From Octopus sinensis (taxonomy: Eukaryota), in the NCBI RefSeq assembly GCF_006345805.1, contig NC_043015.1:21824001-21888000 (forward strand): DNA of 64,000 nucleotides, in the 5' to 3' direction. A program made the translations under genes and the position numbers. This document shows positions 40,286 through 53,630 of the stretch, one piece after another. Numbering within the stretch: the stretch's first letter is position 1; the number at the start of each line of letters is the position of its first letter. Under the pieces are notes generated by a model. That model had not been told where the DNA came from. It ran no database searches and worked only from the letters and a program-made list of their open reading frames with translations.

Positions 40286-40769
40286 AAACATATGAAATAA
40301 TACAAGAATACGTTGGTTATACGTCAGCATTGTGATTCAACTATTTTACAAATTGATTCCTCCATATACATGATTCTTGATTCAGTCTCTCACAGACACA
40401 TGAACAAGGAATTCTAAGAAAGAATGAGATGGAAGGCTGAGTTACCCACGGTACCTTTTAAATAAGAATTACATTATAACTGCCAATGTTCTGCGGTGTT
40501 TTTCATTTCTTCTTTTTACCTAAAATATACATTTCAAACCAAGGTTTCATTTAATTCTGTTTCTACAGGAAGCCATGCTGGTGGATCGAACCCGGGAACT
40601 CATAGCTTTGAGAACAATCCCTCAGAAGATCGTAATGTCGTGAGACTGGTTTCGCGTTATAGTTCAACTTGAAAAAAATATATAATCTTTAGAACTAGTA
40701 TAACACACTCATCTCTCATTTGTTCCTTTATATTCACTTTTGATACATGTAAAGTTATGTAGATACTTA

Positions 40770-40999
40770 TTTTTATTACTACCCACAAGGGGCTAAACAC
40801 AGAGGGGACAAACAAGGACAGACAAACGGATTAAGTCGATTACATCGACCCCAGTGCGTAACTGGTACTTAATATATCGACCCCGAAAGAATGAAAGGCA
40901 AAGTCGACCACGGCGGAATTTGAACTCAGAACGTAATGGTAGACTTAATACGGCTACGCCTTTCGCCCGGCGTGCTAACGTTTCTACCAGTTCACCGCC
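40770..40999 (-). mobile_element. tRNA-derived SINE family S2 (tail variant b) with a 15-bp target-site duplication
   Basis: Minus strand: GGCGGTGAACTGGTAGAAACGTTAGC...GAGTTCAAATTCC (A/B boxes) and core GCCTTTCATTCTTTCGGGGTCGAT. TTATGTAGATACTTA occurs at both 40755-40769 and 41000-41014. Confidence 0.9.
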
Positions 41000-42111
41000 T
41001 TATGTAGATACTTACATATGTATATACAAACATGCATATACACAACCATCCTTCCATCGACCCATCAGGTCATACATACATGCATACGTGTGTTATTATA
41101 TTTCTATATACATGTATACTTATAGATATATATTGATTTATACATATATATAGACACACACACACACACACTGATGCACATACATATACACATACACACA
41201 TGCATACACATATATACATGATGTTTAATTTTAACAATGCGGTAACTACACTTCATCTCTCATTTTGTGAGGAGGCAAAAGTAATAAATATTTCATGTAT
41301 GTCACGTTCCACAACTTCCTATTTCTAAATTTTATCACGTTATTTAACACACTGATATACATCATCAAGAACACCAGAAGCAGCAGCAGCAGATCGTATT
41401 GACTTTCTTCCTGAAATTTAACAAATTGAATTTGAAATTAGAATATGTGAGGAATGTGCTAAATTATTTTCCTGTTATTAACATCGTTTAATATAATTAT
41501 TAAATATATTTTGGACATTTTAATTATTTAATGACTGTCTGTAATTATTAATAATATTTTTACTACTCTTCCGAAGTTTGTTATGGTTTTTCAGTTATAT
41601 TTTTCTTAGTTATCACGTTTATTATCTTGGTAAGAGTACACACGTTCTATACTTTTAGAGCTTTTCACGTTGCTTTAGTTCAGTAAAGCATTCATTATGT
41701 ATCTTGCATTTAATTCACATGTATTTCGTTATGCTGCTTATGAGACGTTTGTTCCTGGCTTATTTTATTGTAGTCACACTCACTTATGCAATGTATCCAA
41801 ATCAATTCGTCCATTTAATTTAAAACCATACTTCATAAACTTTAGCCCTCATAATTCCCGGTTTTGTGTACTTGTGCCGGGTTTCGCACTCTTGGTATTT
41901 ACATTCGCAATATTTTTCACCCATTTAGAGAAATGCTGTTGCTATTTGGGGAAGAAGACAGTCTATAAGCCTAGATATTGTCTTCTAGAAAGATATTTAC
42001 CTCATTGCCCGTTATATCAATATGTATGTGTGCCACATTTTATGTATTGTTCATAGGTAGTTTCATTTGCATGTTACGTTCTGGTATATTCTTATACAGA
42101 TATTTTATATA

Positions 42112-42950
42112 CGAGTGGTTTTCAAAAAGTATTCGACTTCATATTTTCCCTCCGAATCTAATGCCGCATGAGCAAAATCATTTAGGTGAGAGGTGACAAC
42201 CATCTTTCCGGCACATGCATAAAAACTTTAAGGCCGGTCGACCGTTTCAGTTCCCGGCTGCTACGTCTAGAGTACACACATGTAGTGCAGGCTAGTTGGA
42301 TTTTCTTATTCACCAACGCATTGAGCAGAAATATTGCATCAAGTTTTGTCAAAAACTTGGCAATACTCAAGCTCATGCCATAGATAAGATTCAGTAGAAC
42401 TTTGCAGATGATGCTATGGGCAAGTCTCTGATCAAAGTGTGGTACAACCGCTTCAAGCATAGCTGCGCCTCAGTGAAGGGCGAGGCACACTCAGGCAGGA
42501 CTTCCACAAGCCGAGATGAGGAGCCATGTTGAGAACGTTGGACAAGTTTTTTATGGAAGACTATCGTATAATAATCCAGGAAATTACCCACGAATTGAGA
42601 TTAAGCACAGGATCAGTGTATTCCAGTCAAATGGAGGATTTGTGCATGTGAGGAGTGTAGGCTAAAAATTAAAGTCAGACACGTTATGAATGTACCTTAT
42701 AATGATGGCTTCTGTGATCAAGAGCAACACATCAGTTGCTCGACAGGGTCCCTAGTCTCTCAACTTTGCACCGTGTGACTTCTGACTCTTGCCCAAACTG
42801 AGAAGCGCGAAGAAAGGGAAAAGATTTAAGTCGCGAGAGGAAAATGTGAGAAAAGTTACGGTGGAGATCCATACCATTTCGGAGGAAGCGTTCTAGATGT
42901 GTTGCCAGCAGTAGAAGACCCGCTAGGTGATGTGTATTAACTTCCATTAG
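42112..42950 (+). mobile_element. Internally deleted irritans-like mariner remnant
   Basis: TA+CGAGTGGTTTTCAAAAAGT left TIR; EQKYCIKFCQKLGNT...VWYNRFKH...HSGR; after a deletion FAPCDF..LPKL...GKRF (YSPDLAP-region homologue). Confidence 0.8.
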
Positions 42951-44399
42951 ATGTGATTAAATATAATTTGTGTAATGTCAAAAATTATTTGTTATTTTTT
43001 TGCCCAGTGACAGTGAATTAATGGGCGCATCCAAAATTCCACTGCAGCTTATTTCGTTGGAACTGTGTAAGCAGTAGAGAATGGTCTTCATCATTCGAAA
43101 TATATCTGCTCAAGGTTTATTCTTGAAGCATGATATGGACCAGATGCTTTTCGTTATATACATACATACTTACATACATTATATATATGTATGTATGCAT
43201 CCAGGGAGAGAGGGATAGATAAGTGCCTCACCTTTGTTAAGTCTTTTTCGATGTCACATACTTGTGGCAATTCGAAACGAAATCAGATCAGCTTGTCGGA
43301 AGTATATACACACAACCTTTAAGATACACGATAGCTTACAAAGGCGCCAAATAAAGAAATTAAATTCATATTACGCAATGGAAGAAGCTCTGTATTGAAA
43401 AATTTTTTCAATAGAATATACTTTATAGATTGTTTGTTTAATTTATCAATAGTTGGTTTTAGAAGCCTTTAAGAATATCTTCCCAAGAAGTTATTCAATA
43501 TTATTTTTGCGTAGACTTACTATTATTGCAGTTAAAAACCCTTGTGTGAGCCATGGGTATATGACGTGCTTTGTCTCTCATTCATTTTGTTTTCTATTGT
43601 AAATTTCTCTAAGTAATGCGTGTACATAGTGTGTACAATGATATTTGCTTTATTGTATTCATATTTGATCTTTGTATGTATATGTATGCGTCTGTAAACA
43701 GATATCCCCAGCTACACACATATACACACACGCACACACACGCACACACGCCCGTATAAGCATGGATGTGTGTTTGTGCGGTATGTCTACATCCATATGT
43801 ACATTTTCGTTTATTCCTCTACTTTCTATTGAATCTTCTCTCTCTTGACAGATGTCACTTTTCGAAAGATTCTATTGTTTATTTTGGCTACGGTGAAGCA
43901 ACAAAAACCAGTATTTACTTCTGTGTTTTGTAGTTCTTTTTATCGTTTACTTGTAGATATTTTATAGGCCTCACTAATTTATGACCGCCTTCTAGATACT
44001 TTCCCCGTTTTCTAGTGTATCTCTGTATCAGATTTCAGTTTGAAATCACAAAGATATATATTTAAGCTGTTTATTAGTGTATAGATTTTAATTGTTGATA
44101 TTACAGTGTTACACGAAGGGAATGTCTAGTTTCTTGTTGTTTATGTTACTATGCATCTAATAAGACTCCTTCCCTGTAACCATTCTCCGTCACCTACCCC
44201 CCTCCTCCAGCCATATTTTCCTCTTCTTTTGCTTTTCCATCGTCTTCTAGCCTTAACGTTAATATTATTCCGAGCAACAATAACTGATGCGTTGCTAAAT
44301 GATGACTTATATAGTTTTAGTATAATAAAGGTTTACAGTCGAGGCCACCGTCAACATCATCTATATCAGTATTACCATCGTCAGATTCGTCATTGTCAC

Positions 44400-44441
44400 T
44401 TATCACCATCGTCGTCATTTTCACTGTCATCATCATCATCG

Positions 44442-44495
<54 letters not shown>

Positions 44496-44728
44496 CCATC
44501 ACCATCACCATCATCATCATCACCAGTATCATTCCCACCACAACCACCAGTGCCATCAACATCATCATCATCTTCATCATCATCATCATCAACATCATCA
44601 TCACCACCACCACTACCACCACCACCACAACCATCATCATGATCCTCCTTATTCTCATCACCATCATCAACATCATCCTCACCACCACCACCAGCACCAC
44701 CACCATACCACCACCACCACCATCATCA

Positions 44729-44785
<57 letters not shown>

Positions 44786-44800
44786 TCATTATCGTCTTCA
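44400..44800. repeat. Compound CAT/CAC/CGT trinucleotide array
   Basis: Read directly; includes a pure (CGT)n run at ~44728-44780. Confidence 0.95.
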
Positions 44801-45834
44801 TCATTTGTATTGTTATTGTTCGTTTTCTATTCGCTGCTTCTCTTGTCACCTATATATATATATTTTTTTTTTCTGAATAAAATGTTGTTTTAATTTCAAA
44901 TCTATTTTGTATTTTATTATTATTCGGAACCACACCACTTTCAGTGATGATGCAATCAATCCATTCATTTCTCTAAACACATTGCATTCGTCAATTGATA
45001 TAATTGGTTATTCTAAAAAATAAAAAAAAGATAAAATAAAAATGAAAACCTGAAGTGAATTTTGGTTATTCCAAGATTCACTTTATTTCTGTTTTTTCCT
45101 TCTTTTTGGCAAAAGATTTTTCTGTGCCTTTTATCTTGCTGGTTTTCTTTCTAGAATTTATGCTCTCATTTTTCATCTCATTTGGACAATGAACATATAA
45201 AAAAAAGGCCTCATAACAGTTCTTCTCTTTAAAGGAAGCCAAATTTTAAAAAGTAAAATATATTCAAAGAATTAGTTTAATTTTAATCAAACCTTTTGCA
45301 TGTGTATACATACATATACGAATGCAGACACAGATATACATACATACATTGACACAAACACACGCACAAATACACACACAAACGCGCATACATACGCTCA
45401 TAGAAATTCATATATATACCGACACTCAGACAGACGCTCAAATACACTCACACACACTCAGATACGCATATAAACATATACATGTCATACGAACGTAATC
45501 AATGTTACATATAAACAATGTTGCACTTGTTAGAATAGGTGCATTGCACAAGAACGGGGATTTGTAACAAAAAATACAAGGCATTCAGAAAAGGAAGAAA
45601 AAATGTAAACGTAATATTTAGAATGGAAAAGAAAGAAAAAAGAGAAGCAAAAAGATAGAAGTGATCTGCAGAAGTATTTTGAACCAGAAGTTCGTTGGGA
45701 AATAAGAAACAAAAAACAAAACGTAGGAAAAAATATAATAGTGAAAACAATGTCATTTCAAAGTACTTAAATCTCTTTAACTATGAAATACTGAAAGAAA
45801 CATTTGTAGCAGTTGAAACAGTAGCAAAGGGTAT

Positions 45835-45910
45835 ACTACTACTACTACTACTACCACTACTACTGCTGCTGATTTTGCTACTGCTGCTGCTGCTACTGCT
45901 GCTGATTCTG

Positions 45911-45949
<39 letters not shown>

Positions 45950-46108
45950 TACTACTACTACTAATAATAATAATAATAATAATAGTAGTAGTAGCAACAG
46001 TAGCAGCAGCGGTATAAGTCGCACAGACGGTGTTTTCCTAGTAGTTTATGCTCCCGTAGAGGTTGTAGTAGTAATAGTAGTAGTAAGAGGAGGAGGAGGA
46101 GGAAGAGG
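45835..46108. repeat. Compound CTA/CTG/TAA/TAG/GAG trinucleotide array
   Basis: Read directly from the sequence. Confidence 0.9.
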
Positions 46109-46400
46109 AGGCGCATGGCTCAGAGCGTCGAGCTTGCGATCGTGAGGTTGTGAGTTCGAATCCCGGACCGTGTTGCGTGTTGTGTTCTTGAGCAAGACAC
46201 TTTTATTTCACGTTGTTTCAGTTCACTCAGCTGTAGAAATGTGTTGCGACGTCACAGGCGACAAGTTGTAGCTGCTTTTGTCTTTCCCTTGGATAACATT
46301 GGTGGCGTGGAGAGGGGAGGCCGGTATCCATGTGCGGCTGCTAGTCTTCCCTGGGAGGGTAACTTCCTAGGTGCAATCTCATGGTCAGTGATGACCGAAA
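46109..46400 (+). mobile_element. tRNA-derived SINE family S3
   Basis: GGCGCATGGCTCAG (A box), GAGTTCGAATCC B box at 46152-46163, then a TTGAGCAAGACAC...CACTCAGCTGTAGAAATG central domain. No cloverleaf or CCA end. Confidence 0.8.
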
Positions 46401-46825
46401 GTGATCTCAGCAAAGTATCAGTACTAGTAGTAGTTGTAGTTGCTGTTGTAATTGTGAAACTTCTGTTCGTTCCTACTTTGATCCTCCATAAATCCAAAAT
46501 TTTATTTTGGTACTTACAGGAACAACAGTCTTCGAAGACTCATAATGTCGTTCAATGCTCGAAATCAGAAATAGATACGTGGCCGACAACTGATGAAGGG
46601 TCGTGGTATTTGTCTTATTTACCATTTCTTCCTCTCGTTGTTTGCGTATTAAACTCATTTTCGTTTTTCATACTGTTTACTGTTGGTAACGTCCTGTACC
46701 TGTATATGCATATATATATATATATATGTATATGTATGTATGCATATATATATATATATATATGTATATGTATGTATGCATATATATATATATGTATATG
46801 TATGTATGCATATATATATATATAT

Positions 46826-46904
<79 letters not shown>

Positions 46905-47732
46905 TCAATACACATAAAGGGTGAAATATAATTAATTTAATAAAATTAATAAATTTCACCTAGTAGTTTTTTCGGTATGGAAATGACCATATTTGGTAAG
47001 AATTATATTAATTATAATAAAGGGTTAATTGCAACAAGTTGCTCAAAACCACATACCGAAAATATTAGAAATAGCAGCCAAATAGGTCACTATTTCTACT
47101 ACTAGTAAAAAAGTCTCCACAAACAAACAGAATTTGTAACTCGTATATGTCAAAGAGAAAGAAGACAACGAAATCCCAGCCTATTCGATTAATTATAGAC
47201 GAATCCGTTTCTGGATTAGAACCGAAAGTTCATTTCCTTGTCAAAATAATATTTCCTATAAATCTAGAAATGCTATAGGTGAAATTTATTAATTTTATTA
47301 AATTAATTATATTTCACCCTTTATGTGTATTGAATACTATTACTCCTAACAATCAATCTGCGAAACTTCGTTTCGTTGGTAATGTTTCTGTAACTCACGT
47401 GGTAATTTTGGAGGGAGATACGAAATCGCCTTTCTATATAAATGTAGAGATGCTAGCGGAGCGTTATAACGTTCGACGTCGCCTGATCGAGTTGGTGTAA
47501 TGGGTGAGTTTTTTTTTCCTAGAATTTCTAGATTTATAGGAAATATTATATTGACAAGGAAATGAACTTTCGGTTCTAATCCAGAAACGGATCGCCTATG
47601 ATTAATCCAATAGGCTGGGATTTCGTTGTCTTCTTTCTCTTTGCCATATACGAGTTACAAATTCTGTTTGTTTGTGGAGACTTTTTTACTAGTAGTAGAA
47701 ATAGTGACCTGTTTGGCCACTATTTCTAATAT
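46905..47732. repeat. Interleaved inverted repeats A-X-B-A'-Y-B'
   Basis: A (46905-46962) and A' (47276-47333) form a perfect 58-bp inverted pair. B (~47062-47270) and B' (~47525-47732) form a ~210-bp inverted pair with few differences. Confidence 0.9.
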
Positions 47733-47754
47733 GTATATATGTATATATATATAT

Positions 47755-47819
<65 letters not shown>

Positions 47820-48146
47820 ACGTGTGTATATATGGCATATGCATATTAATATGCATGGCCATGCATAATTGCAGCAACTGGTATCAGCTGAGATAATCAC
47901 AATTTTTCTCTAAAGGTGAGGATCGAGTTGGTACATGTGTTTAGATCATATGAGAGAGAGAAGTAATGAGCTGTGCCTGTTACTCGTCTCTTCTTGTCAT
48001 CTCTACTCATGCACTAGCAGAACCACAATGTTTAAAGATATACAAATGCAATATAAAATAACAAATGCAATATAAAATAACAAATGTCTTTAGTTTGCCT
48101 CTTCATACTTTTAATCTATTATACATGTAACTCTTCAGTTGATATA

Positions 48147-48363
48147 TTCTTTTGTACTCTAGGCACAAGGCTGACTTTTTTTTTGGGGGGGGGGAAGCCA
48201 GTTGATTAGATCAACCCCAGTACACAACTGGTACTTAATTTATCGACCCCAAAGGGATAAAAGGCAAAGTTGGCCTCCGCGGTATTTGAAACCAGAATGT
48301 AATGACACACGAAATACCGCTAAGCATTTCGCCCGGCTTGCTAACGTTTCTACCAACTCGCCT
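48147..48363 (-). mobile_element. SINE family S2 (tail variant a) with a probable 14-bp TSD
   Basis: Same head and core as 40770-40999. TCTTCAGTTGATAT (48132-48145) and TCTTCAGCTGATAT (48368-48381) flank it. Confidence 0.85.
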
Positions 48364-48643
48364 CTTTTCTTCAGCTGATATGTTGGCTATCACCTACCGT
48401 CGTTGGGCACGTATAACATCACTTCTTATTCTTAGCTGTCGTTCAACTTGGAGACACTAAATGAACAGTAGATACCAATTACATGTAACTATTTCTTTAC
48501 GACATCAAACACGATATTAATTAATACGTATGACTCTATAGTCATATTCTATGCTCAATCGGGCGTACATACTAATGTAACCATGGTTTCTTTCTTTCTT
48601 TCTTTGTTCCTTCTTTCTTTCTTTATCTCTATCTCTCTGTCTC

Positions 48644-48726
<83 letters not shown>

Positions 48727-48840
48727 CTCCATCTATCTATCTGTCTATCTATCATCATCTCTGTCTCTCTCTACGCATTCACCTACCTACCTACAGATAT
48801 ATATATATATATATATATATATATCTTCTTCCTTCTGTGT

Positions 48841-48914
<74 letters not shown>

Positions 48915-48929
48915 GCATATATGTATATA

Positions 48930-49085
48930 TATATAGTTGAATTTTACAAAGAAACAAAGGGTGAAGACAGGTGTATAAACAACAAAGAGATGTATTCGTT
49001 TAACACTCGGGAATGTGAGACAGTCTTTTACGATGCGAGCATACGCTCTTCCACAGAGAGGTACAGGAGGAGATAAACAGAGTTA
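48930..49085 (-). mobile_element. Repeat family H1, copy 3
   Basis: Minus-strand motif CCTCTCTGTGGAAGAGCGTATGCTCGCATCGTAAAAGAC at 49023-49061. The left end abuts (TA)n. Confidence 0.6.
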
Positions 49086-49264
49086 GCGGTTAAAATAACC
49101 GACTTAGGGATAAAATATATGTATGTGCTATCGGTATCCATTTCCCGCGTTATCACCGCGAAGGGATATTTGTAATGTTATGCTTTTGTTTGTATTCAAA
49201 TATTAGCTAAAAATGTGATCCAGTCGATGTGATTGTTAATCTGAGGTGTTCTCTATTTTCTGAT

Positions 49265-49309
<45 letters not shown>

Positions 49310-49322
49310 ATATATATATATA

Positions 49323-49552
49323 CACGACGGGCTTGTTTCCGTTTACCAAGTCCACCCACAAGGCTTTGGTTGGCCGAGGCTATATTAGAAGCCACTTGCG
49401 CAATGGGACTGAACCCAGAACCCTGTAGTAAACGTCTAACCACAAAGCTGGTGTACTGCTTTTATTTAGTCAAACAAATCGCCCCCAGGACTTATTCTTT
49501 GAAGGCCTATTACTTATTCTACCAGTTCTTTTGCCAAACCGCTAGGTTAAGC
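49323..49552 (-). mobile_element. SINE family S1, permuted copy (head and tail modules in swapped order)
   Basis: On the + strand the head-derived block (49323-49450) precedes the tail-derived block (49451-49552). This is the reverse of the order at 19332 and 59331. Confidence 0.7.
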
Positions 49553-50243
49553 GTTAACGGGTAGAATATGACTAATCTAAGAGGAAGGGACATGTAGATA
49601 TCATGCATGTATTTACGAGTGTTAGATATGGTAGAATGCAATTATTTTTTGAAAGTAAATATTAAAAGAAAATGCCATAAATCTTCTAAGGAACAATGAA
49701 ATATTGAAGGAAGAATTCCTAAAAGTTTATTGGCCCCTAAGAAAGTTTAGTAGTTAAAGCTGGTTACCTCTTAAAGTAAGTCAGTTTCGAACACAGCAGA
49801 ATTATGACGGGGCGAGATAAATAAGAGAATATTAAGATCGGTGACGATGTAATATAAGAAATCTATACGGAAAGCTTATGTTGCGAAAAGCGTAAAATAT
49901 ATTGAGAAGAAGAGAAAGAAAATAAGAGCATGTAAATAATTTTAAAGGAAAGAAAATGAAAGGAATCATTAAAGAATTTAAGTAAATCATATCACATATG
50001 GTAACGACAGGTGAAAAAAAATTATAAAACACTAAAAGAAAATAATGCTGCCAAGATAAGGCTGAAGCAAATGTAAATTCATTACTTAAAACCTGGCTGA
50101 AAGTAATCTAGGAATGCACAAGAAAATCCAAACGTACGCAAATTTATGCCTAGTATCTGTATTATATAAGTATGTGTGTGTCTATTAAGTTACATATCTA
50201 TATATATATAATGATATGGATACTTATAGATATGTATATATAT

Positions 50244-50311
<68 letters not shown>

Positions 50312-51691
50312 TATACATATATACGTACATATATATATGTGTGTATATATATATGCATATTGATATGTATACATATATGTGTTTATATATTATACACATA
50401 CATCTACACATTCGTATACACTCATACCACCCACACACGTACATACACACAAATATATTTATGCGCGCACGTATGCGTGCGTGTGTGTGTGCAACTTATA
50501 TTTGATTTTGTTTTGGATTTGTATGACACGCAAAAATTTGTGAACTTCTATTAGAAAGATAAGTACAAGCAATTCCTAACACGAGTGGAAATTTTATTAA
50601 AACTTTAAGCACATTTCTATTTTCTATACTTTTCTGAAGCGATCTTTAACTCTAATTCGTTTTTCTATCGAATTTGTTTTTTGTTACTATGCTAGCTATC
50701 TTTCCTTTCTCTGCATTTACTAAAATTGTTCAACTATCTCTTATCCAACTCCCCAACCTGTTAACACAAGCCTATATTTCTGTCAGAGAGCACACACTCA
50801 AATATTCCAAGATTTATGATATAATATCAATACATTTTTTATTCTCTGTCCGAAATATTCTTCATTCCAAAATACTTTCATTAATATTTCGTCTTTGTTT
50901 TCCTACAATTTTTAAGCAGTAAATCATAAAATGTTTACATCTACTGTTGGTGGTTCTAGCTTCATAAATAAATTGTATATTTAGGTATAAATTACCTTCA
51001 CTCCACTAGTCACCTCCCATTCAAACGTCAAATTCTTTCATATTTTTAACGAAGTGATCTATACTATCATCTTCTGATAGTTCTTTATCTATTTTACTTT
51101 GTTACTCCGACTCACACTTCTAACAAAATATTTATACATAACTTTCTGTATGCATCTTCGTAGCTATGCACCTCGAAAACTATATTCCTTGTGAATTACA
51201 ATGTATGAATATGTGCGTTTATATTTTTGATGTTTACGATCGCCAATTAAATTATATATTCCTGAAAGCAATTACTTCTCACCAGGCTTGAAGACACTAC
51301 ACAGCTGTTCTGAATTTTTAAAATTCTAATATATTATTTAGCTGGTAAACCATCATTCTGCCCAGTTTGGAGTGAAAATCAGAATAAGCTGTAAACATTT
51401 ATACGATTTTTAACCTCACATGTATAATGTATGTGCCCAACTACAATGCCGGTCGGATGCGACTTGGTGTGTTGGAGATGATTCTCTGCAAAGACCGGTG
51501 TTTAAACATCTGAAAATCAGTCATAAACAAGCGTGACGACGCACAGAAAGTTCTATTCAAGTGCGATGGAAATCGATGTTTCGTCATTTTTGCGACCCAT
51601 AAAGAACACGTACACGAATGAAACCTAAATAAAATTGGTGCATACACACACACACACAAACACACAAACACACACACATACACACACACAC

Positions 51692-51751
<60 letters not shown>

Positions 51752-51753
<2 letters not shown>

Positions 51754-51950
51754 TATATGATTTAACTTATTAAACAGGGTTCACCATATCCATTTATATT
51801 TGCCGTAAATGGAGGAGATTGGATGTTAATATAGATGATAATTTTTTATGAATAAATAAATTATCGTCCATATTAACATCTAATCTCCTCCATTTACGTA
51901 AAACATAAATGAGTTTGTTGAACCCTGTTTAATAAGTTAAAACATATACT
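51752..51950. mobile_element. ~200-bp fold-back (MITE-like) element
   Basis: 51752-51845 pairs with 51858-51950, with long perfect blocks (TTTAACTTATTAAACAGGGTTCA, CGTAAATGGAGGAGATT). It sits next to (TA)n. Confidence 0.8.
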
Positions 51951-52075
51951 TAATACATCTATATAACTTTTCTTATCTACACCAGTAAATTCAAAATAAA
52001 GTATGAAGAAACAACGTTATAAATCTTTATGGAAATTACTCCAATTAAAGAACGAATTCGCACTCAACATTTTTC

Positions 52076-52106
<31 letters not shown>

Positions 52107-53027
52107 ATATACATAATTATGTATATGTATACATATACATATATACATATTTATATATATATTTATATGTGTTTGTGTACGTATGTATATAGTTATATGA
52201 GAAATAAATTTTATTTATTTCTACAGAATTTTTGTTTTGCTTAAGATTAATATCTAAATTGTGAATATTCCGCAGGTGAAATAAAATAACTCTTTAATTT
52301 CAATAATCTATCTTACTTTGTGGGAAGCAAATGAAACTTTCATAACGGCGATGAACAAAGGGAAAATGCCCATTATGTATACCTGGTAACTGCTATGTCT
52401 CTGATGAGACAAGCACGGGCAGAAATAGATATTTATTTTGCCATTCATACTGGGAGACTAGTTTTTTTTTTATTTATATAGTGTAGAATATGTGAAGAAG
52501 AAACATAGTATAACTGCTCTAGTTTCAACAAAATCCATCGTGAAATTTGAACGTATGTCAAACCGAACCTCCTAAATCATATCTTATGGCAATTATTGAT
52601 AAATATACAAGAATAATTATCTTAGTAAACATTAAAGAGAGGTAAACTATGGAATATTCTGTTTCAGGGTTGCTTTCTAAGATGTAACTCAAGCTACCTC
52701 GATTGATATGACGCTAGACGTCAATTAGACAGTGTACAAAATATAAAGACATGGCGATAATTCATATACTTAGTATGCAAATACACTTAAGTTATATGAT
52801 ATAAGATGCCTGTATGAAAAAAAACAAAAAAAACAAGTCATATACGAAAATTAAAGTCGATTAAAACAAATACATGAAACTAAATTTTTCCAAAGTTTCA
52901 CGATTTACGGAAAAACTCAATTTTGTCTTCTGTCGAGCAAATCCGTATACACATTGATACACATTGCACACAGACACAATAACAGAAACACGCACAGACA
53001 CAGACACACACACACACACACACACAT

Positions 53028-53069
<42 letters not shown>

Positions 53070-53533
53070 ACACACACAGAGGCACAGAAACACATACATA
53101 CACTTTTGTATAAGTATATAACCTATAGCTATATGCATATACATGCATAGATACGTATATAAATACATATGTGCATGTGTGTGAGGATCGCACAGAGAAT
53201 ATGACGGACTCGAGGGAGATATATTTGCTATTTCTTGCTGATCTAATCAGCCCATTCCTGGTTCCTTCCTTTTTCTGTCCCTTTGAACCCCGTCTATTTT
53301 ACTCTCAGAATATTTAACACTTCGTAACTACATGAATCGCTGAATCATTACATATGATGTTGGAAGATCAAAAATATATTTTGAAGAATTCTTTTTCCTT
53401 TCTATATGTGTGCAGCTGGAATTTACTCGGTTCAAAACTTGAATTCCAACGATTGTTTAAGAAAGAAATGCTAGAGACAGTAATAAAAAATAAACACCCC
53501 AGTGTCACTACTTTCCTTTAGCTTCTCACTACA

Positions 53534-53536
<3 letters not shown>

Positions 53537-53626
<90 letters not shown>
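53537..53626. repeat. Pure (CT)n tract, about 45 units
   Basis: Read directly from the sequence. Confidence 0.97.

Positions 53627-53630
<4 letters not shown>

Noticed and set aside
41345-41425. Possible minus-strand exon after TTTCAG (GRKSIRSAAAASGVLDDVYQCVK* or EESQYDLLLL...)
   Set aside because: Short, frame is ambiguous and it is partly a CAG repeat, so it cannot be supported.
46109-46175. tRNA gene
   Set aside because: A and B boxes are present but there is no cloverleaf, acceptor stem or terminator, and it continues into SINE body. The same applies to the S1 and S2 heads.
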